From contig NZ_RSDW01000001.1 in NCBI RefSeq assembly GCF_003945235.1, positions 2,010,001-2,042,000 of the forward strand: a stretch of DNA of 32,000 bases, given 5' to 3'. Source of the DNA: Edaphobacter aggregans. GTDB lineage: Bacteria; Acidobacteriota; Terriglobia; Terriglobales; Acidobacteriaceae. The position numbers and the translations under genes are program-made. The notes under the pieces were generated by a model. That model saw only the letters and a list, made by a program, of their open reading frames with translations, did no database searches and was not told where the DNA came from. Shown piece by piece: positions 1 to 8,903 of the stretch (the stretch's first letter is position 1; the number at the start of each line of letters is the position of its first letter).

Positions 1-209
1 GTCACCGTCACATTGCCGAAACCCCGTGTAGCCTCGGCGATCATCTCCTCGCGCTCGGGAACGGTAAACAGCGGCGTCCCCTTCTCCGCATTCCGCAGGA
101 TCGCCACCACAAGGTAGTCGACGATCTTCGACCCCCGCGCAATCAGGTCGAGGTGCCCATTTGTCAGCGGGTCAAACGTCCCAGGATAGATTGCCTTTAC
201 CGTATGCAT
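1..209 (-). CDS. coaD: Phosphopantetheine adenylyltransferase (CoaD), 5' part only; 3' end lies outside the window
   Basis: Reverse translation from the ATG at 209..207 gives [60 protein letters not shown]. The YPGTFDPxTNGH nucleotidyltransferase motif and collinearity with E. coli CoaD support the call. Confidence 0.85.
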   Translation of the reverse strand, partial: MHTVKAIYPGTFDPLTNGHLDLIARGSKIVDYLVVAILRNAEKGTPLFTVPEREEMIAEATRGFGNVTV

Positions 210-267
210 ACCACCAGAAGCATACTTGCTCCCACCTCCGCAGCCAACCCGACATTCTCGATGCAGC

Positions 268-1461
268 TCATCCCTGCCGCCCCGCCCCAGACGCCAGCTT
301 GCCTTTCAGGCTCAGAAAATACTCCTCAAAGTACCGCCTCGACAGAAAACAAACCAGCACGCACGCCATAAAGACAATCACAAAACGAGCAAGCCCCGCC
401 TGAAGCGACATTACCGTCGGCCGCACAAATCTCGACCGATCGAGCAACTTGTCATAGAGGTCGAACAGGAAGAGATGAAACATATACATCCCATAGCTGA
501 TGTAACCCAAAAAGCGGAGCGGCGTCGTCCACCACAGCACCTGCGGTCCATCTCCCCACAAAAGCGCCACTATCACCAATCCGGCGAACAGCACATCGAA
601 CGGCACCGCCTGAAATGCAGCCCCAGCCGGTGTCGCACGATGAAGCAGGTGCATCGACACGGCAATCCCAAGCAAGACCACACCCAGCCCCAGCAGCCCC
701 ACAGTCAGCCGTCGCACATTGCGTAGCGTAGCGAACCGGGACCGCAGAAAGATTGCGATCAGCCCACCGATCGCCAGGTTATCGGCAATCAGCCACGTCA
801 TCATGTGGGGGTCGCCCAAAGGTGGCCGTCCCATCTGCGACAGGAATCGCAGCACCGGGCAAACAACCAACATGGCCATGCAAACATACGCCAGCCGCCT
901 CAATGTAAGGCGCCGAACTACCCACGGCCACACCAGATAGAACTGTTCCTCCACCGCCAGCGACCAGAACGGCCTATAGATACTGCCGCCAACGGGAAAA
1001 TACGAACTCAAATTCGCCATATTGAACAGGCACAAACCCACATAGCCCCACGTGATGTGAACCACCCTGGACAACCACACCAGTGTCACGACATAGAGCG
1101 GCAGAATGCGCAATGTCCGCCGCAGGTAGAAGTTCTTCCCATAGTTCTTCCGCCCGCGCGAGTCCAGCAGAATCCCCGTAATCAGAAACCCTGAAAGCAC
1201 AAAGAAAAGATTGACGCCCAGCCAGCCGAACGTAAAAGCATGAGACAGCCTTTCCAGCGCCGCACTCTCACCGCCACGTGCGCCAGGATTCCAGTACAGG
1301 CCGTGATAGAGCACGACCGACAGAACGGCGATCCCACGCAAGGCATCCAGCCCAGGCATCTCTCGCTTCAACAGAGGGGACCGCCCATCGCATGACCGTC
1401 GCGACTGGGAAGCCTCTGTAGAAGCCTTTGTACCCTCTAACGTATGCAAAGCAATGGTCAT
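268..1461 (-). CDS. Acyltransferase family 3 (OafA/YrhL-like) integral membrane O-acyltransferase
   Basis: 397-aa ORF with about 10 hydrophobic segments. It has the N-terminal [16 protein letters not shown] motif and the [10 protein letters not shown] motif typical of the Acyl_transf_3 family. The start could be an internal Met. Confidence 0.8.
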   Translation of the reverse strand: MTIALHTLEGTKASTEASQSRRSCDGRSPLLKREMPGLDALRGIAVLSVVLYHGLYWNPGARGGESAALERLSHAFTFGWLGVNLFFVLSGFLITGILLDSRGRKNYGKNFYLRRTLRILPLYVVTLVWLSRVVHITWGYVGLCLFNMANLSSYFPVGGSIYRPFWSLAVEEQFYLVWPWVVRRLTLRRLAYVCMAMLVVCPVLRFLSQMGRPPLGDPHMMTWLIADNLAIGGLIAIFLRSRFATLRNVRRLTVGLLGLGVVLLGIAVSMHLLHRATPAGAAFQAVPFDVLFAGLVIVALLWGDGPQVLWWTTPLRFLGYISYGMYMFHLFLFDLYDKLLDRSRFVRPTVMSLQAGLARFVIVFMACVLVCFLSRRYFEEYFLSLKGKLASGAGRQG

Positions 1462-1650
1462 CGGTGGCCGAACGGGTATTTGAGCCCCTAAAAACGTCTC
1501 TGCTCCTACCCGGCATTTTCTTCTTCGTATCTCTAAACAATCATGATTTCTATCGATTGCCTATGCCTCTTCCGTGACATGGCCGAAACAAAATAATTCG
1601 TCGCTTTGGTAGTCTTCACAGCAGCCTTGCCGTCTGTCTTTTATAGAAGT

Positions 1651-2286
1651 ATGGAAGCTGATCCCCTCATCCCGGTCACTGCAGAAACCATGCCCGCTCA
1701 CGCCACCATCGCCGGCACCTTCGACACAACGGACCAATCCCCCGCCACCCCATTCGACGACCTGGCCACCGTCATCGCTCTCTACGAGCAGCGCGTCTAC
1801 CGTTTTCTCCTCTCCTCCGTCCGCGACCCCGATCTCGCCCAAACCCTCACACAGGAAACCTTCCTCCGCGCCTGGACCTCCCGCGCCAGCTTCCGCTCCG
1901 ACTGTTCCATCGCCACCTGGCTCATGCGGCTCGCCCTCAATCTCGTTCGCGACCACACCCGTACCGAGCGCTTCCGCTTCTGGAAGCGCGCCTCGGCCAC
2001 TGCCCTCGATGTATCGGAAGTCTCCGCGCACATTCCCAACCGCGAAAGCTCGCCTGAAGCCCGCCTCATCGCCAACCAGCAACTGGCTCTCGTATGGGAG
2101 TCCGTCGGCCAGCTCTCCGAGCGCCAGCGCAGCATCTTTCTCCTCCGTTTCGTCGAAGAGCTCGAGCTCTCCGAAATTGCCAACATCACCGGCCTGCCCA
2201 TCAGTACCGTCAAAAGCCATCTCTACCGCGCTCTCCACTCCATCCGGGCTCGCCAGAACAACCCTTCCCAGAAGGAATCCCTATGA
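1651..2286 (+). CDS. ECF-type (sigma-70 family) RNA polymerase sigma factor
   Basis: Region 2 (YRFLLSSVRDPDLAQTLTQETFLRAW) and region 4 HTH (LSERQRSIFLLRFVEELELSEIANITGLPISTVKSHLYRAL). The ORF opens at a TTG at 1606, and the ATG at 1651 is preferred. The stop overlaps the next gene's ATG (ATGA at 2283..2286). Confidence 0.9.
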   Translation: MEADPLIPVTAETMPAHATIAGTFDTTDQSPATPFDDLATVIALYEQRVYRFLLSSVRDPDLAQTLTQETFLRAWTSRASFRSDCSIATWLMRLALNLVRDHTRTERFRFWKRASATALDVSEVSAHIPNRESSPEARLIANQQLALVWESVGQLSERQRSIFLLRFVEELELSEIANITGLPISTVKSHLYRALHSIRARQNNPSQKESL

Positions 2287-2789
2287 CCCCCCATCTCACG
2301 CACGAGCAGCTCTGCGATTTCGTCCTCGACCTCGCTCCCCATCCTTTGAGCAGCGACTTCGCCGCCCTCCAGCAACACCTCGCCAACTGCCTGGTCTGCA
2401 CCACCGAGCTGGCGAACCTGCGCGACTCCATCTCCCTCTTCCGCGATGCGTCGACCGCCTGCGCCCACCAGCGACTGGCCGAGCACCACGCGAACAACGT
2501 CGCGCTCACGCCACGCCCCCAGGCCTTCTTCCACCCCATCTACTGGGCAACTGCCGCAGCCATGATCCTCGCAGCCGCAATCCCACTCACCCTCCACCGC
2601 CCGAGCCAGCCGTCACCAGCTCCAGTAGCCACCGTCACCACCACCGCACCTGCGGTTCAGTCCGACGAAGCCCTGCTCGAAGAGATCAACCAGGAGATCT
2701 CAGCGCCCGTCCCGTCGCCCATGCAACCCCTCGCTAACCCAATTGCCGATTCCACCGCACAAACCACCACACTCCAAAGGACAAACTGA
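2283..2789 (+). CDS. Anti-sigma factor, zinc-binding (ZAS, HxxxCxxC) single-pass membrane protein
   Basis: Translationally coupled to the sigma gene by an ATGA overlap. Has the HLANCLVC motif (H-x3-C-x2-C), one TM segment (IYWATAAAMILAAAIPLTL) and a short P/T/A-rich periplasmic tail. Confidence 0.8.
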   Translation: MTPHLTHEQLCDFVLDLAPHPLSSDFAALQQHLANCLVCTTELANLRDSISLFRDASTACAHQRLAEHHANNVALTPRPQAFFHPIYWATAAAMILAAAIPLTLHRPSQPSPAPVATVTTTAPAVQSDEALLEEINQEISAPVPSPMQPLANPIADSTAQTTTLQRTN

Positions 2790-2791
2790 AC

Positions 2792-3547
2792 ATGCGTTAC
2801 CCTCTGCGTCATTCCCTCCGAGACTCTTTGCACGTCGCTGCTTGCGCCACCGTTCTCCTGGGTACCCTCGTCTTCGCGCAACAGCCAGACGCCCCCGCTG
2901 CCCCTGCGCCTCCACCCGCAGCACCTGGCCAGCCTCCCCGGACGAAGATGGATCGCGACGTCCGTGGCAGGTCAGACAGATCCGAATCCATGCGTTCGGG
3001 CTTCCGCATGGGACCTCCCGGCATGTGGTGGAAAAACCCCGATCTCATCCAGAAGCTCGCTCTTACCGCCGACCAGCAGAAGCGCATGGACGACATCTTC
3101 CAACAGAGCCGCCTGCAGCTGATCGACCTCAAGGCCAATCTTGAGAAGCAGGAGGTCACGCTCGAGCCCATGCTTGACGTCAATCCGCCCGATACCAACA
3201 AGATCCTCGCCCAGATCGACAAAACTGCCCAGGCCCGCGCCGAACTCGAAAAGGGCAATGCCCGAATGCTGCTCGGCATCCGCAACGTCCTCACGCCGGA
3301 CCAGTGGACCAAGCTCCAGGCCGCCCAGCGCGAAAGCCGCGGCGCGATGATGCGTAAAGACTCCCGAGGATCGGGAAGTTCCAGTGAACCCGGAGGCCCG
3401 GGCGGTCCGGGCGGCCCAAGCTTCCGCAGCCCATCCAACTTCCACAGAAACGGCGATCCTCGAGGCCCCGAGGGAATGCTCCTTCCTCCACCCCCCGGCG
3501 GCAATCCCCAGCCGGCCCCAGACGCTGACACCACCCCAACCATGTAA
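2792..3547 (+). CDS. Periplasmic Spy/CpxP-family (LTXXQ motif) protein, 'periplasmic heavy metal sensor'-like, with a Gly/Pro-rich C-terminal tail
   Basis: Signal peptide (AACATVLLGTLVFAQQ), two LTXXQ motifs (LTADQQ, LTPDQW) in a helical core, and a GGPGGPGGP / PPPPGG tail. The ATG lies 2 nt after the anti-sigma stop. Confidence 0.75.
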   Translation: MRYPLRHSLRDSLHVAACATVLLGTLVFAQQPDAPAAPAPPPAAPGQPPRTKMDRDVRGRSDRSESMRSGFRMGPPGMWWKNPDLIQKLALTADQQKRMDDIFQQSRLQLIDLKANLEKQEVTLEPMLDVNPPDTNKILAQIDKTAQARAELEKGNARMLLGIRNVLTPDQWTKLQAAQRESRGAMMRKDSRGSGSSSEPGGPGGPGGPSFRSPSNFHRNGDPRGPEGMLLPPPPGGNPQPAPDADTTPTM

Positions 3548-3654
3548 CAGGCGAAAACCCTGTCAAGTCTTAAATCAAGATAAACCATTTATTATCATCA
3601 ACATATAATTGCCAATTTACCCCACCCCACCTGCTAAAATTGAAGTACAAAGCA

Positions 3655-3690
3655 AAAAGCCCCGGCCATCAAACCGGGGCTTTCGTTTTT
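3655..3690 (+). terminator. Rho-independent terminator
   Basis: aaaaGCCCCGG-ccatcaaa-CCGGGGCtttcgttttt: a GC stem of 8 bp followed by a T-run. Confidence 0.7.
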
Positions 3691-3844
3691 AGTCGACCAG
3701 AAACCGGAGTCCACACCTAAGCCTAATAAAACCAGGACTTTGCGCGAAAAGTATAGGGAGGGAGTACCTAAAACCGAATCATAGTCTACGATGGTGGCGC
3801 ATTCCAGCCCTATCCATCTTCGCCACGCAGGAGCAGACCGCACG

Positions 3845-4459
3845 ATGGCCACGCCAATTGATCAGCCCCTTACCACGCCCAAAATCGCCAATCCAGCACC
3901 TTTAGGACTAGCTGGCTTCGGCCTCACCACCGTAGTCCTCAGTAGCATCAACGCCGGCTGGCTTCCCCCGGAAGCAGTCCCGGTCGTCGTCCCGCTCGCC
4001 TTCGCCTACGGTGGAATCGCCCAACTCATCGCCGGCGTCCTCGAGTTCAAGACCGGCAACACCTTCGGCATGGTCGCCTTCACCTCCTACGGCCTCTTCT
4101 GGTGGTGGTTCGCCTTTCTGAGATGGACCATCGGCGCAGGCTGGCTCAAAGCCCCACCCGCCTCCGCCGTAGCCGTCACGCTCCTGATGTGGGGAGTCTT
4201 CACCTTCCTTCTCTGGATCGTGACCTTTCGTTCGAACAAAGCGGTCTGGAGCATCTTCCTCCTGCTCTGGATCACCTTCTTCCTCCTGGCCGCAGGCGAC
4301 TTCGGCTGCACCATCGGCAACCTGAGCTTCGGCAAAATCGGCGGACTCTTCGGCATTCTCACCGGACTCGACGCCCTCCTCGTAGCCTTCGTCGAGATCC
4401 TCAACGCAACCGCCGGCCGCGAAGTCATCCCTCTAGGCCGCCCCATCGTACAAGCCTAA
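3845..4459 (+). CDS. satP: GPR1/FUN34/YaaH family acetate/succinate channel (SatP-like)
   Basis: Family signature NPAPLGLAGFGLTT near the N-terminus and six hydrophobic helices. The ORF opens at 3791, and the ATG at 3845 gives an N-terminus of E. coli SatP-like length. Confidence 0.8.
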   Translation: MATPIDQPLTTPKIANPAPLGLAGFGLTTVVLSSINAGWLPPEAVPVVVPLAFAYGGIAQLIAGVLEFKTGNTFGMVAFTSYGLFWWWFAFLRWTIGAGWLKAPPASAVAVTLLMWGVFTFLLWIVTFRSNKAVWSIFLLLWITFFLLAAGDFGCTIGNLSFGKIGGLFGILTGLDALLVAFVEILNATAGREVIPLGRPIVQA

Positions 4460-4466
4460 AAACGAA

Positions 4467-4495
4467 AGAGCGCCGGCAATCATCACCGGCGCTCT
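4467..4495. terminator. Bidirectional intrinsic terminator between convergent satP and recA
   Basis: AGAGCGCCGG-caatcatca-CCGGCGCTCT, flanked by aaaaacgaa upstream and tcataatttt downstream, so each strand reads a stem followed by a U-run. Confidence 0.75.
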
Positions 4496-4546
4496 TCATA
4501 ATTTTCCACTCAGCGAATGACCGCCAATCGCTGACTCGCTGACTGG

Positions 4547-5614
4547 CTATTTCTTACCGCGCACGACTTCCTTAGCCTGCACCTCGCCGTTGACCGGAAC
4601 CGGCGGAACATCAACGTCCACGCCTCCGCCGATGCCGAGCTTCTTGCGAATCTCCGTATCGACACGCATGAAGACATCCCGATTGTCCTTGAGAAACGCA
4701 CGCACATTCTCGCGTCCCTGACCGATGCGTTCGCCCTGATAGCTGTACCAGGCACCGCTCTTGTCCACGATGTTGTGCAGCACCGCCAGGTCGAGCACAT
4801 CGCCCTCACGCGAGATGCCCTCGCCATACAAAATGTCGAACTCAGCATCACGGAAGGGAGCCGCCACCTTGTTCTTCACAATCTTGACCTTCGTCCGCGA
4901 ACCGACAACCGAATCACCATCCTTCACCGCGCCAATGCGGCGAATGTCGATACGAACAGACGAATAAAACTTCAGCGCTTTACCACCAGTCGTCGTCTCA
5001 GGATTGCCGAACATGACGCCGATCTTGTCACGAATCTGGTTGATGAAGATCAGGCAAGTCCTCGACTTCGAGACCGTTCCCGTAAGCTTACGCAGCGCCT
5101 GGCTCATCAGCCGAGCCTGCAAACCCATGTGCGAATCACCCATCTCGCCATCAAGCTCAGCCTTAGGCACCAGCGCAGCAACCGAGTCGACCACGAGCAC
5201 ATCGATCGCATTCGACCGAACCAGCGCCTCGACAATCTCCAGCGCCTGCTCACCATAATCCGGCTGGCTCACCAGCAGATTGTCGATATCCACACCCAAC
5301 TTGGCAGCATAAGCAGGATCCAGAGCATGCTCAGCATCCACAAAAGCAGCCAAACCACCCGACTTCTGAGCCTCGGCAATGATCTGCAGCGTAATCGTCG
5401 TCTTGCCCGAAGACTCCGGCCCAAAGATCTCTATAACACGCCCACGCGGAACCCCACCCACACCCAAAGCCGCATCAAATGAGATCGAACCAGTAGGAAT
5501 GACTGAGATCGGCACCACATCCTTCGACCCCAACCGCATGATGGAGCCCTTGCCAAACTGCTTCTCCAGCCCGGAAAGAGCCAGCTCTATTGCCTTGCTA
5601 CGGTCATCTGCCAC
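4547..5614 (-). CDS. recA: Recombinase RecA
   Basis: 355 aa with Walker [10 protein letters not shown] and the canonical RecA sequence throughout ([31 protein letters not shown]...). GTG start with AGGAG about 9 nt upstream. Confidence 0.99.
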   Translation of the reverse strand: MADDRSKAIELALSGLEKQFGKGSIMRLGSKDVVPISVIPTGSISFDAALGVGGVPRGRVIEIFGPESSGKTTITLQIIAEAQKSGGLAAFVDAEHALDPAYAAKLGVDIDNLLVSQPDYGEQALEIVEALVRSNAIDVLVVDSVAALVPKAELDGEMGDSHMGLQARLMSQALRKLTGTVSKSRTCLIFINQIRDKIGVMFGNPETTTGGKALKFYSSVRIDIRRIGAVKDGDSVVGSRTKVKIVKNKVAAPFRDAEFDILYGEGISREGDVLDLAVLHNIVDKSGAWYSYQGERIGQGRENVRAFLKDNRDVFMRVDTEIRKKLGIGGGVDVDVPPVPVNGEVQAKEVVRGKK

Positions 5615-5646
5615 GTCGTAATTCTCCTAAGGGTAAGTCAAAGCGG

Positions 5647-5674
5647 ATTCTAGCATCAAAAACAGAAAAAGCAA
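5647..5674 (-). promoter_or_regulatory. Candidate recA promoter (extended -10)
   Basis: The minus strand reads TTGCTT-16 nt-TAGAAT with TGc immediately upstream (TGCTAGAAT), about 35 nt before the recA start. This is a sequence-only prediction. Confidence 0.35.
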
Positions 5675-5691
5675 ATAAAAGGCGAATAGAA

Positions 5692-7281
5692 CTATCGTCG
5701 CAATAAATCCACAGGCTCGTTCACATCCTCAATACGGAAGTGTTTCGCCAGCCCAGGGTGCTTCGCCTCGACAGCCTTGTACATCTCCCACGCCACCCGC
5801 CGGTAGCTGAAGTGCCCAGCCACTCCCGACCGCAGCTCGGAGATATAAAGCGCCTCTGCAAAATCCATCTTGAACATCGACCGGCATCGGGTGCCGAGAG
5901 GTAGACAATACTGCGCAGACTGGGCCGCCTCCGGGACTCCGCTGTCGCGTAGCTGGCGATACGAAGCCAGTGCAGCATCCATTGCACTCGTGTAGACACC
6001 TTCAAGCCCAGCTTCGGCGAGCGAGGGTTGTCCGGGGCAGACAGGCTCTTCGTAACCATGGACATCCGTGTAGCCCTGCAACAGCTGGACGCAGCGACGG
6101 TGGCGGTGCATATCGCGGAAGCCTCCGATATCCATCAGGATGTCGAAGCGGAAGCCACGACCCGCGCTGAAGGCTCGCAGAAGCTCGTCGTGACGTCCAC
6201 GGTGTTTCGTGCCTAGTGTGATCAACTCCATGCGGCGCGCGTCGCTCAGGGCAGCTACGTGGCTGCGGAGCTGTCGGTAGGAGTAGTGGCAGTGTGGATA
6301 GAGGAGTGAGGTAGCCAGCTCCACCTCGAGAGGTTCGTCGTCGTCCAGCAGGTCGACGACGGGGGCAGGATCGATCGGCTGGCCTGCCATCAGCTCCGCT
6401 GCAGCGGCCGTCAACTCACCACGACTACCATCCAAATAGCCATTTCGTACCGCGTACTTGACCAGCGTTGGCGCCGTCTTTACGGGGCGCAAAAGGGCCT
6501 CGGCAGCACGCTCACCGCAGGCTGCATCAACGGAAAAAATCTCCTCACAGAGCACCTGCGCAGACGTCTGGTAGACGTTCCAGGCGGGCTCGGTCGCGGC
6601 GATGCGGAGCTTCTCGGCGATCTGGCGAACCTCGGCGAACTCACTGGTGAGCAGACGCGAGACCTGCGTCTCCAACGTGCGGGCGTTGACGATCTGTCCC
6701 AGCGATGTATTGGTCGCGAGTGGCAGCAGATAGCGTGCAACGTCGAAGGCTCGGGCCTTCAGGGTGCGCTCGTAGGCCTCGGGTTTCATCGCCTCGGGTC
6801 GCGGGATAGCAGTCTTCAGGGCCTCCAGCATTCCAGCGCCGATGCTGTCGTAGGCGGTGAACAAGGCCTCGATGGCGGCAGTAAAGGCTGGCGTTTCCAC
6901 TCCTAGATCGGGCGTGAACCAGCCTGAGGTGCGGAAGTTCTGGTAGCGGGTGGAACGTTCCTGCCCGTCCCAGCGCTGTTCGTCCACCAGCTCGATTGCG
7001 GCGAGGAGGCTTAGGCGCTCGATGGCGAAGGGAATGTGCGCGAGGTCGGCGATGGAGCGATGACCGTATTGGAAGTAGAAGGTGTTGAGGAACTGTTCGG
7101 CTCGCTGGGCGCTGATCTCGGCGAGCGACTCCTTCATGGTCAGCGAGGAGCGGGAGTACTTCGCCATTGCGTAGGCGAGGACTTCCGGGTCGGCTCCGTG
7201 GATCGCGTAGACATCGGTTTCGGATGGCTTGTTCTGGTTCTCGTGCAGGTCATCGATCATGGGGAGTTCAGAATACGTCAT
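5692..7281 (-). CDS. thyX: FAD-dependent thymidylate synthase-like protein with two tandem ThyX (Thy1) domains
   Basis: The N-half has GHRSIADLAH..F.IERLS....ERSTRY. The C-half has F.FDILMDIGGFRDMHRHRR (RHR motif). The longest ORF reaches a GTG at 7353 and would overlap the divergent fabG start. The ATG at 7281 leaves a 64-bp divergent promoter region and is preferred. Confidence 0.65.
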   Translation of the reverse strand: MTYSELPMIDDLHENQNKPSETDVYAIHGADPEVLAYAMAKYSRSSLTMKESLAEISAQRAEQFLNTFYFQYGHRSIADLAHIPFAIERLSLLAAIELVDEQRWDGQERSTRYQNFRTSGWFTPDLGVETPAFTAAIEALFTAYDSIGAGMLEALKTAIPRPEAMKPEAYERTLKARAFDVARYLLPLATNTSLGQIVNARTLETQVSRLLTSEFAEVRQIAEKLRIAATEPAWNVYQTSAQVLCEEIFSVDAACGERAAEALLRPVKTAPTLVKYAVRNGYLDGSRGELTAAAAELMAGQPIDPAPVVDLLDDDEPLEVELATSLLYPHCHYSYRQLRSHVAALSDARRMELITLGTKHRGRHDELLRAFSAGRGFRFDILMDIGGFRDMHRHRRCVQLLQGYTDVHGYEEPVCPGQPSLAEAGLEGVYTSAMDAALASYRQLRDSGVPEAAQSAQYCLPLGTRCRSMFKMDFAEALYISELRSGVAGHFSYRRVAWEMYKAVEAKHPGLAKHFRIEDVNEPVDLLRR

Positions 7282-7345
7282 GCGGCTGAGGATGTTTGCG
7301 GTGCAAGGCTTCGTATAATTCTGGAGCAAGGCTTCACGGAGGTTC

Positions 7346-8092
7346 ATGAGCACTCTCGCTGGTCGTATCGCATTGGTTACTGGAGCTTCACAAGGGATTG
7401 GGCGCGCTTGTGCGCTGGAGTTGGCAAAGGCAGGAGCGACGGTCGCGCTGGCTGCGAGGAACGTCGAGAAGCTGGGCGAGGTTGCGTCTGAGATCGCTGC
7501 GGCCGGCGGAACGGCTCAGGCGTTTGCGCTGGATGTTTCGAGCGAAGAATCGATCAAGGAGTGCGCGAAAGCTGTCCTTGCGGCCTTTGGCAGTGTGCAT
7601 GTTCTGGTGAACAATGCTGGAATTACACGAGATATTCTGGCTTTGCGGATGAAAAAGAAGGATTGGGACGATGTGCTGACGACCAATCTGACGGGCGCTT
7701 TTTTGCTGACCCAGGCCGTCATGTCGTCGATGGTGAAGGGGCGGTGGGGGCGCATCATCAACATCACTTCGGTGGTCGGCGAGACCGGCCAGGCTGGGCA
7801 GGCGAACTACGCTGCTTCCAAGGCGGGCCTCATCGGGTTGACGAAGTCACTGGCCCGGGAGCTGGCCAGCCGGACCGTTACGGTCAACGCGATCGCTCCG
7901 GGGTACATCGAGACAGCAATGACTGCCGTGCTGACTGATGACCAGAAGAATGCAATGACGCAGCATATTCCGCTGGGCCGCGTCGGGACGGATATGGACA
8001 TTGCCCATGCCGTCGCCTTTCTGGCCTCGGAGGAGGCTGGCTACATTACCGGTCACACGCTGGATGTGAATGGTGGGATGTACATGGGGTAA
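7346..8092 (+). CDS. fabG: 3-oxoacyl-[acyl-carrier-protein] reductase FabG (SDR family)
   Basis: TGASQGIGRA Rossmann motif, NNAGITRD, catalytic YxxxK (YAASKAG). Near-collinear with E. coli FabG to the C-terminal VNGGMYMG. Confidence 0.9.
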   Translation: MSTLAGRIALVTGASQGIGRACALELAKAGATVALAARNVEKLGEVASEIAAAGGTAQAFALDVSSEESIKECAKAVLAAFGSVHVLVNNAGITRDILALRMKKKDWDDVLTTNLTGAFLLTQAVMSSMVKGRWGRIINITSVVGETGQAGQANYAASKAGLIGLTKSLARELASRTVTVNAIAPGYIETAMTAVLTDDQKNAMTQHIPLGRVGTDMDIAHAVAFLASEEAGYITGHTLDVNGGMYMG

Positions 8093-8204
8093 GTACCCCT
8101 CCCGAGACTCTAAGCCATAAAGTCCTAGAATCATTGGACTTAGGCCTGGACCTCACTTGGTCCAACAAAGTATTCCATCTAAATGACTTATTTTCATACA
8201 AACA

Positions 8205-8233
8205 AAAAAGCCCTGGGGATCCCAGGGCTTTTG
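8205..8233. terminator. Bidirectional intrinsic terminator
   Basis: aaaaaAGCCCTGGG-gat-CCCAGGGCTtttg. There is an A-run on the 5' side and a T-run on the 3' side, and the U-tail is stronger when read on the minus strand (cttttttgtttg). Confidence 0.7.
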
Positions 8234-8411
8234 CTCTCCATGAATTAAGTATAGCGAATGGAGTGGAATTATTAGGCCACGCGGATGTTCTTGTTTATGT
8301 GACAGATAGACCGATTTTGGGCTTGACAAGACTTTGCGGCGTGACGGGAGTCGCAATTTTACAAAAACGACGACTTTTTCGGTGCTCTGGAACTGATAGG
8401 CTGCGGAAACT

Positions 8412-8903
8412 ATGGCTGAGATTCTGGTGAGGGAGGCAGCTGGGTCGGAGGATGTGGCTGCCGTCCGGCGGCTGATGCAGGCCTATGGCGAGCATCTGGC
8501 GGTCAATCCTGCGGGGGCGGCGAGTATCTGCCTTGAGGGGTACGAACGAGAGTTGGAGGGGCTGCCGGGAGGGTATGCCGTCCTGCTGCTGGCCCTGGTG
8601 GATGGAGAGCCAGCCGGGTGCGTTGCGCTGCGATCCCTGAAGCAGGCGGAACCCGCTTGCGAGATGAAGCGGCTTTGGGTGGATGGCAGGTTTCGCGGTC
8701 TGAGGCTTGGGCGGCTGCTGGTGGAAGAGGCGATCGGCTGGGCTGAGCGGACGGGTTTTGGCGCGATGTACCTGGATACGGTTCCGACAGCCATGCCTGA
8801 GGCTAATCGGCTGTACGAGGCTATGGGGTTCGTGCGGGTGGAGCGGTATAACGAGAATCCAGTAGCCGATCTGGCGTTCTTTCGGCGGGAGATACGGGAC
8901 TAG
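8412..8903 (+). CDS. GNAT family N-acetyltransferase
   Basis: 163 aa. Acetyl-CoA binding motif A region (LWVDGRFRGLRLGRLLVEEAIGWAERTG) and the C-terminal YEAMGFVRVERY typical of GNAT. Confidence 0.85.
   Translation: MAEILVREAAGSEDVAAVRRLMQAYGEHLAVNPAGAASICLEGYERELEGLPGGYAVLLLALVDGEPAGCVALRSLKQAEPACEMKRLWVDGRFRGLRLGRLLVEEAIGWAERTGFGAMYLDTVPTAMPEANRLYEAMGFVRVERYNENPVADLAFFRREIRD

Noticed and set aside
1470-1505. GAAC ... CGTC elements upstream of the ECF sigma gene, considered as an autoregulated ECF promoter
   Set aside because: The spacing between the GAAC and CGTC elements is ~21 nt rather than the ~16-17 nt typical of ECF promoters, and the position is ~150 nt from the start codon. This is not convincing without TSS data.
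7345-7353. Divergent overlapping start codons of thyX (GTG at 7353 / ATG at 7347) and fabG (ATG at 7346) within TCATGA
   Set aside because: Head-to-head overlapping starts would leave no promoter space. In-frame ATGs at 7281 and 7260 give a normal divergent intergenic region. I treat the overlap as an ORF-calling artefact rather than real gene overlap.
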